Of a DNA stretch of 64,000 bases, positions 55,134 to 64,000 are shown one piece after another. Origin of the DNA: Alphaproteobacteria bacterium. Lineage in GTDB: Bacteria > Pseudomonadota > Alphaproteobacteria > MPNO01 > UBA830. The stretch lies in the NCBI GenBank assembly GCA_965243135.1, contig OZ251539.1:5952001-6016000 (forward strand), given 5' to 3'. The position numbers were made by a program, and so were the translations under genes. Each line of letters starts with the position of its first letter. Position 1 is the stretch's first letter. The notes below the pieces were generated by a model. That model saw only the letters and a program-made list of their open reading frames with translations, made no database searches and was not told the DNA's origin.

Positions 55134-55868
55134 ATGACCGGAACTCTCGCCGCTCTGGCGCGCCGGATGGCCGGCGCCCTGAAGGACCTCGCGCCGATCG
55201 TCCTCGTCATCGCGTTCTTTCAGATCGTCGTGTTGCAGCAGCCGTTTCCGAACTTCGCCGGCATCGCGGTCGGCTTGCTGTGCGTCATCGTCGGACTCGC
55301 GCTTTTCGTCCAGGGCCTCGAAAGCGGCCTCTTTCCCCTCGGCGAGGCGCTTGCGCAGGCGTTCGCGCGCAAGGGGAGCGCGACCGCGCTATTGAGCTTC
55401 GCCTTTTGCCTGGGCTTCGGCACGACGGTCGCCGAGCCGGCCCTGATCGCAGTCGCCGCCGAAGCGGCCGAGATAGCTTCGCTTTCCGGCATCGTCGCCG
55501 ACGACGACGGCGCGCGGACCGAATACGCCTTTACGCTGCGCATGGTGGTTGCGGTCTCGGTCGGAGCGGCGATCGTGCTGGGCGTGCTGCGCATCCTGAA
55601 AGGCTGGCCGATTCACCGGTTGATCATCGGGGGTTATTTGCTCGTGACCGTGATGACGGCCTTCGCGCCCCGCGAGATCGTCGGCGTCGCCTACGACTTC
55701 GGCGGCGTCACCACCGGCACGGTCACGGTGCCGCTCGTCACCGCGCTCGGCGTCGGACTCGCCACGTCGATCAGAGGACGCAATCCGATGGTCGACGGCT
55801 TCGGGCTCATCGCCTTCGCGAGCCTCATGCCCATGATCTTCGTGCTCGCCTACGGCGTGGCGGTCTGA
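55134..55868 (+). CDS. DUF1538 membrane protein
   Basis: [35 protein letters not shown]. Confidence 0.9.
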   Translation: MTGTLAALARRMAGALKDLAPIVLVIAFFQIVVLQQPFPNFAGIAVGLLCVIVGLALFVQGLESGLFPLGEALAQAFARKGSATALLSFAFCLGFGTTVAEPALIAVAAEAAEIASLSGIVADDDGARTEYAFTLRMVVAVSVGAAIVLGVLRILKGWPIHRLIIGGYLLVTVMTAFAPREIVGVAYDFGGVTTGTVTVPLVTALGVGLATSIRGRNPMVDGFGLIAFASLMPMIFVLAYGVAV

Positions 55869-55870
55869 AG

Positions 55871-56656
55871 ATGGAGTTCGTCGGCGCTCTCGCCGCAGCG
55901 GGGATCTCGACCGCTCTGGACGTGGCGCCCATCATCGTCGTCCTCGTCCTCTTCCAGGTCGCGGTGGTGCGCCGCAAGCTGCCCAACCTGCGCGGCATCG
56001 CCGCGGGCTTCCTTCTCGTTCTCGTGGGGATCACGCTTTTCCTTATCGGACTGAAGGAGGCGCTTTTTCCCATCGGCGAAACCATGGCGCGCCAGCTCAC
56101 CTCGGCCGACAGCATCGGCGCGGAGAAAATTGCCGACGGCGTTCACTGGGACGACTACGTCCTCGTCTACGCGTTCGCCGCCGCGATCGGCTTCGCCACG
56201 ACGATCGCCGAACCTTCCTTGCTCGCGGTCGCGCTCAAGGCCGAGGAGGTTTCCGGCGGCGCCGTCCGCGCCTGGGGCCTGAGGACCGCCGTGGCGACCG
56301 GCGTCGCGGCGGGCGTGGCGCTGGGATGCTTCCGCATCGTCACGGGGACGCCCCTGCCGTGGTACATCATGGCGGCGTACGCGGTGGTGATCCTGCAGAC
56401 CTTCCGGTCCAGCCGCATGATCGTTCCCCTGGCCTACGACAGCGGCGGCGTTACGACGTCGACCGTCACCGTTCCGGTGGTCGCCGCGCTCGGGCTAGGC
56501 CTTGCCGCGTCCGTTCCCGGCCGCAGTCCGTTGATCGACGGGTTCGGGCTCATCGCCTTTGCCAGCGTATTTCCCATCATGTCCGTTCTGGGTTACTCGA
56601 TGGTTGCGTCGTGGACGAACCGCAGGCGCAGCCTCAGACATCGCGAGGAGAACTGA
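55871..56656 (+). CDS. DUF1538 membrane protein (paralog)
   Basis: LFPIGE, TIAEPSL, AYDSGGVTTSTVTVP, DGFGLIA. Confidence 0.9.
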   Translation: MEFVGALAAAGISTALDVAPIIVVLVLFQVAVVRRKLPNLRGIAAGFLLVLVGITLFLIGLKEALFPIGETMARQLTSADSIGAEKIADGVHWDDYVLVYAFAAAIGFATTIAEPSLLAVALKAEEVSGGAVRAWGLRTAVATGVAAGVALGCFRIVTGTPLPWYIMAAYAVVILQTFRSSRMIVPLAYDSGGVTTSTVTVPVVAALGLGLAASVPGRSPLIDGFGLIAFASVFPIMSVLGYSMVASWTNRRRSLRHREEN

Positions 56657-56659
56657 GTT

Positions 56660-57010
56660 ATGAGGCTGAAATTGATCGTCGCCATGGTCAGCGACGAAAA
56701 GACCGCCGCCGTGATCGACGCCGCCCGCGCCGGCGGCGCGACCGGCGCGACGACCATCACCAGCGTGCGCGGCGAGGGGCTGGAGCCCGAGAAGACGATT
56801 TTCGGGCTGGATCTGGCGGCCAAGCGCGACATCCTGCTGTTTCTGGTTGTCGAACCGCGGGCGCGCGACATTCTGGAGCGCATTCGCGATGCGGGAGCGT
56901 TCGACAGCGAGCACGGCGCCGGCATCGCGTTTCAGGTTCCGATCGAGGACGCGGTCGGCCTGAGCACGCAGGTTCCGACGATCATGGAGGAACTGGAGCA
57001 AGAGATATGA
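56660..57010 (+). CDS. P-II family regulator (non-canonical)
   Basis: GATGAT..VRGEG, GIAFQVPIEDAVG. Confidence 0.88.
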   Translation: MRLKLIVAMVSDEKTAAVIDAARAGGATGATTITSVRGEGLEPEKTIFGLDLAAKRDILLFLVVEPRARDILERIRDAGAFDSEHGAGIAFQVPIEDAVGLSTQVPTIMEELEQEI

Positions 57011-57020
57011 GGCGTTCGCA

Positions 57021-57422
57021 ATGAAGAACAAGCCCGTTTTGCGCGTCGAGAAGTTCGTGACGTCCGATCTCGTCACCGTCGAGCGGCTGGCGCCGGTGGC
57101 CGAGGCGATGGCGCTCATGCGCGAGCACAGCATCAGTTCGCTCGTCGTCGACCGGCACGACCCCGACGACGAGCCCGGCCTGATCACGGTCTCCGACATT
57201 GCGCTAAAGGTGATCGCGGAGAACCACGCGCCGGAGCGCGTCAACGTCTACGAGATCATGTCGAAGCCGGTGCTGACCGTGGCGGCGGACATGCAGGCCC
57301 GCTACGCCGTGAATCTGCTGGTGCGTTTCGGCATTTCGCGCGCGGTGGTCGTGGATCACCATCGCAATCCGGTCGGGATCGTGACCTTGCGCGACCTCGT
57401 GCTGGGGCACGTGGCGGACTGA
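57021..57422 (+). CDS. CBS-domain pair protein
   Basis: GLITVSDI, IMSKPV, GIVTLRDL. Confidence 0.88.
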   Translation: MKNKPVLRVEKFVTSDLVTVERLAPVAEAMALMREHSISSLVVDRHDPDDEPGLITVSDIALKVIAENHAPERVNVYEIMSKPVLTVAADMQARYAVNLLVRFGISRAVVVDHHRNPVGIVTLRDLVLGHVAD

Positions 57423-57597
57423 GAGGGCGGGCGTCGGCGGCCGCAGGTCGGGGGAATCGCGCGGCTCGTTTCGTTTTCCCGTCGGACAAGTCGCCGCCGA
57501 GATATCGTCCGGGCGGGGCGCAGCGGATGTCCCCGATACGGACGTCGCGCTTCGCCGGGCGCGCCCCGCCATGCCGTTAGGCCGGCGCGGCCGCGCT

Positions 57598-58563
57598 TCA
57601 GCCCGCGACCGCCGCGTACGGACTCGTCGCGACGCTTTCCAGCAGATCTTCGACCCAGGCGGGATCGATGCCGCGCGCGATGAAGACCAGCGTCGTCGCC
57701 TCGGGAAAACCCTCCGGCCAGCGTTCCAGCCGCCTCGCCGGATGCACGACATGCTGAACGCCGTGAACGACGGCGGGCCGCGCCGGATCGTCGGCCAACG
57801 CCGCCAGACCCTTGACCCGGAGCAGGTCGCCGCCCCTCTGATCAGCGAGCATCTGAAGAAACGCGCCCAGCGCGCCCCGGCCGAGCGGGCGGTCGCGGCT
57901 GATCGCGAAAGTCGAAATCCCGTCTCCGTGGCCGACGTGCCGGCCGAACTCCGCCCCGCGCGTCGCGGGATCGTAGATTCCGCCCGAGAACAGCAGGTCG
58001 GGATCGACCGCGCCGTCGACGCAATCGACCGTCTTGGCGCCGGGATTGATCGCCCGCAGGCGCTCGCGCAACGCCGCAGCGGATTCCGCTATGTCGGTCT
58101 TGGTCAGCAGCAGAGCGTCCGCCACCGCCACCTGCTTGATCGCTTCGCCGTGCCTGTCCAGCGTCTCCATGGCGTTGACGGCGTCCACCGCCGCGACGAC
58201 CCTGGCGAGGCGGTAGCTCTCGAACACGGACGGCTCCTGCATCAGCGTATGGATGACGGGAGCCGGATCCGCCAGCCCGGTGGTCTCCACGGCCACCCGG
58301 CCGAAGGCCCCGCCGCGGCGGGCGCGCAGGTCGGCGAGTGTCGAGATCAAGTCTCCGCGGATCGTGCAGCAGATGCAGCCGCAGGAGAGATCGACGATGT
58401 TCTCGTCGACGGCCTCGAGAAGGACGTGATCGAGTCCGATCTCGCCGAACTCGTTGACGATGACGGCCGTGTCGGCGAAGGCCGGGTCGCGCACCAGCTT
58501 CGACAGGATCGTGGTCTTGCCGCTTCCGAGAAAGCCGGTGAGAACCGTGACGGGTATCGACAT
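57598..58563 (-). CDS. CobW/COG0523 family GTPase (metallochaperone)
   Basis: GFLGSGKTT, NEFGE, GCICC, ETTGLADP, LLRVKG. Confidence 0.93.
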   Translation of the reverse strand: MSIPVTVLTGFLGSGKTTILSKLVRDPAFADTAVIVNEFGEIGLDHVLLEAVDENIVDLSCGCICCTIRGDLISTLADLRARRGGAFGRVAVETTGLADPAPVIHTLMQEPSVFESYRLARVVAAVDAVNAMETLDRHGEAIKQVAVADALLLTKTDIAESAAALRERLRAINPGAKTVDCVDGAVDPDLLFSGGIYDPATRGAEFGRHVGHGDGISTFAISRDRPLGRGALGAFLQMLADQRGGDLLRVKGLAALADDPARPAVVHGVQHVVHPARRLERWPEGFPEATTLVFIARGIDPAWVEDLLESVATSPYAAVAG

Positions 58564-58588
58564 GATCCCGGTCGCGCCCGCTGCCCGT

Positions 58589-59656
58589 TTATTCCGCCGC
58601 GCGGGCGGACGCGCCGAGCATCGGCAGCACTTCCTCGGAAACGCGGTGCATGGTGGCCGTCGCCTGCGCGTGAGTGAGCCCGGCGTAGCGCGGAATGATC
58701 GATATCTCCGTGAACCCGAGATCGAGATACCTTCGGATGCGCTCCGCCGCCTGTTCGGGGGTGCATATGAGGGTGCGGCGCCGGAAAACGTCGCGCCAGT
58801 CGTCGCCCTCGCGCATTTCCGGCGGGAGGGAATCGGCGCCCTCGAAGTCCCGGTCCCACTGACGGCCCTGCAGCACCTTGACGAACGCGCCGGCGTGCTC
58901 CCGGAGCGCCGCCTTCGCCTCCCCGATCGCCCGTTCCTCCGTATCCGCCAGATAGGCCATGAAGGCGACCATGCTCCTGCGTCCGGCCGTTTCGCGGCCC
59001 GACCTCTCCCATTGTTCGCAGTACCAACCGAATTTCTCGACGAGGGATTCGTAGCTCATCGGGTACTGGTTCATCATCAGGAAATGGCCGCGTTCGGCGG
59101 CGGCGACGAAGCTTTCCCGGGATCTCGACGCGGCTCCCCAAACGGGAAGCGCGCCGTTGATCGCGGGCGGCCACGGCTCGATGCGGTCGAACGAAAAGTG
59201 CTTTCCCTCGTGCGCGAACGGCGCGCCCGCCCAGAACTTTCGGCAGATTTCCAGGCATTCGGCGATGCGCGAGGGCGCGTCGGCGGGATCCACGCCGAAC
59301 GCGGCGAATTCGTGGGGAACGAAGCCCCGTCCGATCGCGACGTCGCAGCGACCGCCGGAAAGCTGGTCGACCAGCGCGTAGTCCTCGGCGACCGTCAGGG
59401 GATTCCTGAGCTGCATGAGGGAAACGGCCGCGCCCAGCCGGATGTTCCGGGTCTCGCGCGCCCAGCCGGCCATGACGACCGCCGGATTGGATATCGCGCC
59501 GCCGTAATAGTGGAAGTGGTGCTCGGTCGTGAGGGCCCGCGCCCAGCCCAGCCGATCCGCGAGCCTGACGGTATGCGAGAGTTCCTCGTAGTAGTTCGTC
59601 AGCGCGGTTCCGTATCCGGCGCGCCAGGTCGGCAGGTAAAGGAGCGAAAGGTCCAT
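58589..59656 (-). CDS. LLM-class flavin-dependent monooxygenase
   Basis: TEHHF, VAEDYALVDQLSGGR, IGRG. Confidence 0.9.
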   Translation of the reverse strand: MDLSLLYLPTWRAGYGTALTNYYEELSHTVRLADRLGWARALTTEHHFHYYGGAISNPAVVMAGWARETRNIRLGAAVSLMQLRNPLTVAEDYALVDQLSGGRCDVAIGRGFVPHEFAAFGVDPADAPSRIAECLEICRKFWAGAPFAHEGKHFSFDRIEPWPPAINGALPVWGAASRSRESFVAAAERGHFLMMNQYPMSYESLVEKFGWYCEQWERSGRETAGRRSMVAFMAYLADTEERAIGEAKAALREHAGAFVKVLQGRQWDRDFEGADSLPPEMREGDDWRDVFRRRTLICTPEQAAERIRRYLDLGFTEISIIPRYAGLTHAQATATMHRVSEEVLPMLGASARAAE

Positions 59657-59721
59657 GTCCGTTCCCTAACGGCGCCGCGGGGCGCTCCGGCGTCAGGACC
59701 GGGAGGATCCCGTTCCGGAAT

Positions 59722-60726
59722 TCACGCCCGGAGCCGCGGATACACCCGGCGCGCGTTGTCCTCGAACACCATGCGCCGCCGTTCGTCGTCGAGATTGGGC
59801 GTGGCGTCGACGTAGCGCCGCGTATGATCGTAATGATAGCCGGTGTCGGGATCGACGCCGCGCACGGCGCCCACCATCTCGGAGGCGAACAGGATGTTCC
59901 GGACGGGGATCACCCGGGTCAGCAAATCGATGCCCGGCTGGTGATAGACGCAGGTGTCGAAGAACACGTTGTCGAGGAGCAGCTCCTCCAGCGGCGGCCT
60001 GCCCATGTCCTGGGCCAGGCCGCGATAGCGGCCCCAGTGAAACGGGACGGCGCCGCCGCCGTGCGGGATGACGAACTTCAGCGTCGGGAAGTCGCTGAAC
60101 AGGTCCGACATCAGAAACTGCATGAAGACTGTCGTGTCGCCGCACAGGTAGTGCGCGCCCGTATGGTGAAAGTTGGGATTGCAGGAGCCGCTCACGTGAA
60201 TCATCGCAGGCGCCTCCAGTTCGACCAGCTTCTCGTAGAGCGGATACCACCATTTGTCCGTCATCGGCGGATCCGTCCACATGGCGCCGGAAGGATCGGG
60301 ATTCAGGTTGCATCCGATGAAGCCCATCCCTTCCACGCAGCGCTCGAGCTCAGGGATGCATTTCCTCGGCTCGACGCCCGGATATTGCGGCAGCTGGCAG
60401 ACGGGGACGAAACGATCGGGATAAAGGTCGCAGACCCTGCGAATCATGTCGTTGCAGATCTGCGCCCAATGATAGGCCGTTTGTTCCGTGCCGAGATGAT
60501 GGCCCATGCCGACCGCTCGGGGAGAGAATATCGTCAGGTCGATGCCGCGTTCGCGCATGAACTTCAGCTGCGCGGATTCGAGCTTTTCGCGCATCTCGTC
60601 GTCCGACACCCGGAAGGCGGCGGCGGACGGCGCGAACCCGGACTCCACTCCGGCGAGCTGCTCCCTGCGGTATTCGGTCAACGCGGTGGGTTCCGTGGTG
60701 TAGTGCCCATGGCAGTCGATGATCAT
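59722..60726 (-). CDS. ligJ: 4-oxalomesaconate hydratase (amidohydrolase)
   Basis: MIIDCHGHYTT, NLNPDPSG, PHGGGAVPFHWGR, FASEMVGAV. Confidence 0.9.
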   Translation of the reverse strand: MIIDCHGHYTTEPTALTEYRREQLAGVESGFAPSAAAFRVSDDEMREKLESAQLKFMRERGIDLTIFSPRAVGMGHHLGTEQTAYHWAQICNDMIRRVCDLYPDRFVPVCQLPQYPGVEPRKCIPELERCVEGMGFIGCNLNPDPSGAMWTDPPMTDKWWYPLYEKLVELEAPAMIHVSGSCNPNFHHTGAHYLCGDTTVFMQFLMSDLFSDFPTLKFVIPHGGGAVPFHWGRYRGLAQDMGRPPLEELLLDNVFFDTCVYHQPGIDLLTRVIPVRNILFASEMVGAVRGVDPDTGYHYDHTRRYVDATPNLDDERRRMVFEDNARRVYPRLRA

Positions 60727-60789
60727 GGGGAAGCCGCTCCCTGTCTCTCTCGCGCTTGCAGCGGACCGCCGGGTTCCGGAAAGCGCCGG

Positions 60790-62172
60790 TTACGCTTTGA
60801 GATGCCGCAGCACGCCGTCGATGCTGTCCCGCGCGTCGCCGAACAGCATCCGGGCATTCTCTTTGTAGAAAAGCGGATTGTCGACGCCGGCGTATCCCGT
60901 CGCCATCGAACGCTTGAGCACGACCGCGGTTTTCGCCTTCCACACTTCCAGCACGGGCATGCCGGCGATCGGGCTGCCGGGATCCTCTTGCGCGCCCGGG
61001 TTGACGATGTCGTTGGCGCCGATGACCAGCGCGACGTCGGTCGAGGGAAAGTCCTCGTTGAGTTCGTCCATTTCGAAGACGATGTCGTAAGGCACTCTGG
61101 CTTCGGCGAGCAGCACGTTCATGTGGCCGGGCAGGCGGCCGGCGACGGGATGGATGCCGAAGCGCACGACGACCCCCTTGCTTCGGAGGATCTCGGTGAT
61201 CTCGCTGACCGCGTTCTGCGCCTGCGCCACGGCCATGCCGTAGCCGGGGACGATGATGACGCTTCGGGCCTCCGAGAGCATGTTCGCCGTCTCCTCCGCC
61301 GAGGTCGGAGCGACCTCTCCCTGCGCCGCGCCGGCGGCGGACGTTCCTCCCTCCGCGCCGAAACCGCCCAGGATCACGCTGACGAAGCGGCGGTTCATCG
61401 CCCGGCACATGATGTAGCTGAGAATGGCGCCGCTCGAACCCACCAGGGCGCCGACGACGATCAGCAGGTCGTTGGAGAGCATGAAGCCGGTCGCCGCCGC
61501 CGCCCAGCCCGAGTAGCTGTTGAGCATCGACACGACGACCGGCATGTCCGCGCCGCCGATCGCCATGACGAGATGCGCGCCGATCACGAAGGCGATCGCG
61601 GTCATCGCGAGGAGCGGAACCAGGCTGCCGGACCGGAGAAACTCGTAGCCGAGCCAAAGGCACGCGGCGAAGGCGGCGAGGTTCAACCAGTGGCGAGCCG
61701 GCAGAATCAGCGGCCGGCCGGAAATGCTCCCTTGCAACTTGCCGAACGCGATCACCGATCCCGTGAAGGTGATCGCGCCGACGAAGACGCCCACGAAGAT
61801 CTCGACCTCGTGGATGATCTTTTCCGCCCCCGCGAATTCCGACCGCGGGTCGACGTGGCTCGCGACGCCCACGAGCACCGCGGCCAGCCCGACGAAGCTG
61901 TGAAGTATGGCGACCAGCTGCGGCATCTGGGTCATTTCGACGCGGGAGGCGACGAGAATCCCGACGGCGCCGCCGACCGCGCCCGCGGCCGCGAGAACGG
62001 CGTAGTCGTCGATCCGAAGGGCGAGAATCGTCGCCAGAACGGCGATCGCCATCCCGACGATGCCGTAGACGTTGCCGCGCTTGGCCGTTTCCTGGCGGCT
62101 CAGTCCGCCCAGGCTGAGAATGAACAGAATGCTGGCGCCGATGTAGGCGGCGGTCACGATCCCCGGGTTCAT
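60790..62172 (-). CDS. pntB: NAD(P) transhydrogenase beta subunit
   Basis: [35 protein letters not shown]. Confidence 0.97.
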   Translation of the reverse strand: MNPGIVTAAYIGASILFILSLGGLSRQETAKRGNVYGIVGMAIAVLATILALRIDDYAVLAAAGAVGGAVGILVASRVEMTQMPQLVAILHSFVGLAAVLVGVASHVDPRSEFAGAEKIIHEVEIFVGVFVGAITFTGSVIAFGKLQGSISGRPLILPARHWLNLAAFAACLWLGYEFLRSGSLVPLLAMTAIAFVIGAHLVMAIGGADMPVVVSMLNSYSGWAAAATGFMLSNDLLIVVGALVGSSGAILSYIMCRAMNRRFVSVILGGFGAEGGTSAAGAAQGEVAPTSAEETANMLSEARSVIIVPGYGMAVAQAQNAVSEITEILRSKGVVVRFGIHPVAGRLPGHMNVLLAEARVPYDIVFEMDELNEDFPSTDVALVIGANDIVNPGAQEDPGSPIAGMPVLEVWKAKTAVVLKRSMATGYAGVDNPLFYKENARMLFGDARDSIDGVLRHLKA

Positions 62173-62182
62173 GGGCCGCCCT

Positions 62183-63736
62183 TCAGCTCTTGCGAAACAT
62201 GCGAAGCATGCGCTGGGTCACCAGGAAGCCGCCCGCGACGTTGACGGCGGCGATCAGGACGGCGATCGCCGCGAGCGCCTCCACCAGCGACGACGGGCTG
62301 GATATCTGAAGAAGCGCGCCGATGACGATAATGCCGCTGATGGCGTTGGTGACGCTCATCAACGGCGTATGCAAGGCGGGCGTGACGTTCCAGATCACCT
62401 GCCAGCCGACGAAGCAAGCCAGCACGAAGACGGTCAGATGCCCCATGAACGAAGGCGGCGCGACCGTTCCCAGGCCTGCGAGCAGCAAGCCTCCGATCGC
62501 GAGGAAGGCCGCCGCCGCAAGGCCGGTCCGGCGCGGCTCCGGCCTCGCGGCGGCGAGGGACGGCGCGGCGGTCTCCGGCTGCGCGGGCGGCTTCATCCGG
62601 GCCGGCGGCGGCCAGACGACCTCGCCCTCCTTGACGACGGTCGCGCCCCGGATGACCTCGTCGTCCATGTCGACGTCGATCGCTCCGTCCTTGCCGGGCG
62701 TCAATTCGGACAACATGTGGCACAGATTGGCGCCGTAGAGCTGGCTGGCCTGCGTCGCCATCCGGCTGGCGAGGTCGGTATAGCCGATCAGCGTGACGCC
62801 GTGCTTGACGACCTTCTTTCCAGGCTCCGTCAGGGCGCAATTGCCGCCCTGTTCCGCGGCGAGGTCGACGATCACGGATCCCGGCTTCATGGACCGCACC
62901 ATTTCGGCGGTTATCAGCTGCGGCGCGGGCTTGCCCGGAATCAAGGCCGTGGAGACGATGATGTCCACTTCCCTGGCCTGCGCCGCGAAGAGCTCCATCT
63001 CGGCCTTGACGAACTCCTCGCTCATCGTCTTCGCGTAACCGCCCGCGCCGGAGCCGTCCTCTTCGAAGTCGAGCTCGAGGAATTCGGCGCCCATGCTTTC
63101 GATCTGCTGCCGCACCTCGGGCCTCGTGTCGAAGGCGCGAACGATCGCGCCCATGGAGCCGGCCGCGCCGATCGCGGCGAGGCCGGCCACGCCGGCTCCG
63201 ATCACGAGGATCCGCGCCGGCGGAACCTTGCCGGCGGCGGTGATCTGGCCGGTGAAGAAGCGTCCGAAATTGTTCGCGGCCTCGACGATCGCGCGATACC
63301 CGGCGATGTTCGCCATCGAGGACAGCGCGTCGAGTTTCTGGGCGCGGGAGATGCGCGGCACGCAGTCCATCGCGACCGCCGTCGCCTTGCGGGCCTTCAG
63401 TTGCTCGAGGAGTTCTCCGTTGCTGGCCGGGTAGAGGAACCCGATGAGCGCGCCGCCGTCGCGGAGCAGGTCGGCCTCGTGCACGCCGAGCGCCGGATGC
63501 ATGTCGGGCGGCCGCACCTTGAGGATCAGGTCGGATCGCGCCCAGACCTCGCGAGGTTCGCCGACGATTTCCGCGCCGGCCTCCCGATAGGCGTCGTCGG
63601 AGAATCCGGCTTCGTCGCCCGCGCCCTTTTCGACGCAGATCTCGAAGCCGAGCTTCGCGGCGCGAACGGCGTAGTCGGGCGTCAGCGCGACGCGCCTTTC
63701 CCCCGCGCAGATTTCCTTGGGAATGCCGATCTTCAT
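62183..63736 (-). CDS. pntA: NAD(P) transhydrogenase alpha subunit
   Basis: [29 protein letters not shown]. Confidence 0.97.
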   Translation of the reverse strand: MKIGIPKEICAGERRVALTPDYAVRAAKLGFEICVEKGAGDEAGFSDDAYREAGAEIVGEPREVWARSDLILKVRPPDMHPALGVHEADLLRDGGALIGFLYPASNGELLEQLKARKATAVAMDCVPRISRAQKLDALSSMANIAGYRAIVEAANNFGRFFTGQITAAGKVPPARILVIGAGVAGLAAIGAAGSMGAIVRAFDTRPEVRQQIESMGAEFLELDFEEDGSGAGGYAKTMSEEFVKAEMELFAAQAREVDIIVSTALIPGKPAPQLITAEMVRSMKPGSVIVDLAAEQGGNCALTEPGKKVVKHGVTLIGYTDLASRMATQASQLYGANLCHMLSELTPGKDGAIDVDMDDEVIRGATVVKEGEVVWPPPARMKPPAQPETAAPSLAAARPEPRRTGLAAAAFLAIGGLLLAGLGTVAPPSFMGHLTVFVLACFVGWQVIWNVTPALHTPLMSVTNAISGIIVIGALLQISSPSSLVEALAAIAVLIAAVNVAGGFLVTQRMLRMFRKS

Positions 63737-63915
63737 GTCATCTTCGAACGGACTGCCAACAAGACGCGTTCCGGAAACATCGGACCGCACCGGTCCGCCA
63801 GCGACGGGCAACTTATCGACTGCGGCGATTCCTTACAAGGAGACTTGGTCGTCGCAATCGCCGGATTTTCGCGGCCCTGCGGCGGAGGGCGCAGCGGCCG
63901 GAACGCGGAGCCGCG

Positions 63916-63999
63916 TCAGACGCGGAGCGGGCGCGGGTCGCCCTCGGGCGCTTCGACGTCGAATACGTTCAGCACCACCGAAACGGCGTGATAGAAGCC
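63916..63999 (-). CDS. C-terminal end of a gene running off-window (possibly CMD-like)
   Basis: GFYHAVSVVLNVFDVEAPEGDPRPLRV*. Confidence 0.45.
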   Translation of the reverse strand, partial: GFYHAVSVVLNVFDVEAPEGDPRPLRV

Positions 64000-64000
64000 G

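Overview
High-GC alphaproteobacterial (Rhodospirillales-like, inferred from gene content and order) chromosomal window with three parts. (1) 1-11.5 kb is a deeply nested mobile-element graveyard. An IS4/IS50-type element is interrupted by an ISAs1-DUF4338 element, which carries a MITE and a group II intron. The intron is interrupted by an ISKra4/ISLre2-like IS and two IS66-like elements, one carrying an intact DUF4338/DruA-like gene. Two small Cys-motif orphan genes and ECF-sigma, IS5 and IS-end remnants follow. (2) 11.5-23.6 kb holds the core metK-trmB-rimP-nusA-ylxR-infB-rbfA-truB cluster and an ECF sigma/YfbK-VWA pair. It is followed by a 23.8-29.8 kb accessory island with a decayed DNA methyltransferase, an IS, and the most striking feature: an ankyrin-fused Rpn (Transposase_31, PD-(D/E)XK) nuclease gene. 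That gene has an internal RBS+ATG for a 72-aa C-terminal product and is flanked by an array of stand-alone, mosaic copies of the same C-terminal module (candidate orphan-antitoxin or exchangeable C-terminus array). (3) 30-64 kb is mostly housekeeping and metabolic genes: rutE, mnmA, an RND pump whose adaptor carries three tandem EF-hand-pair repeats, acetoacetate-CoA ligase, cysE-cysK, tesA-ybbAP, yccA, DUF1538x2-PII-CBS, a CobW-family GTPase, an LLM monooxygenase, ligJ and pntAB. All calls come from reading motifs by eye; no database searches were run.
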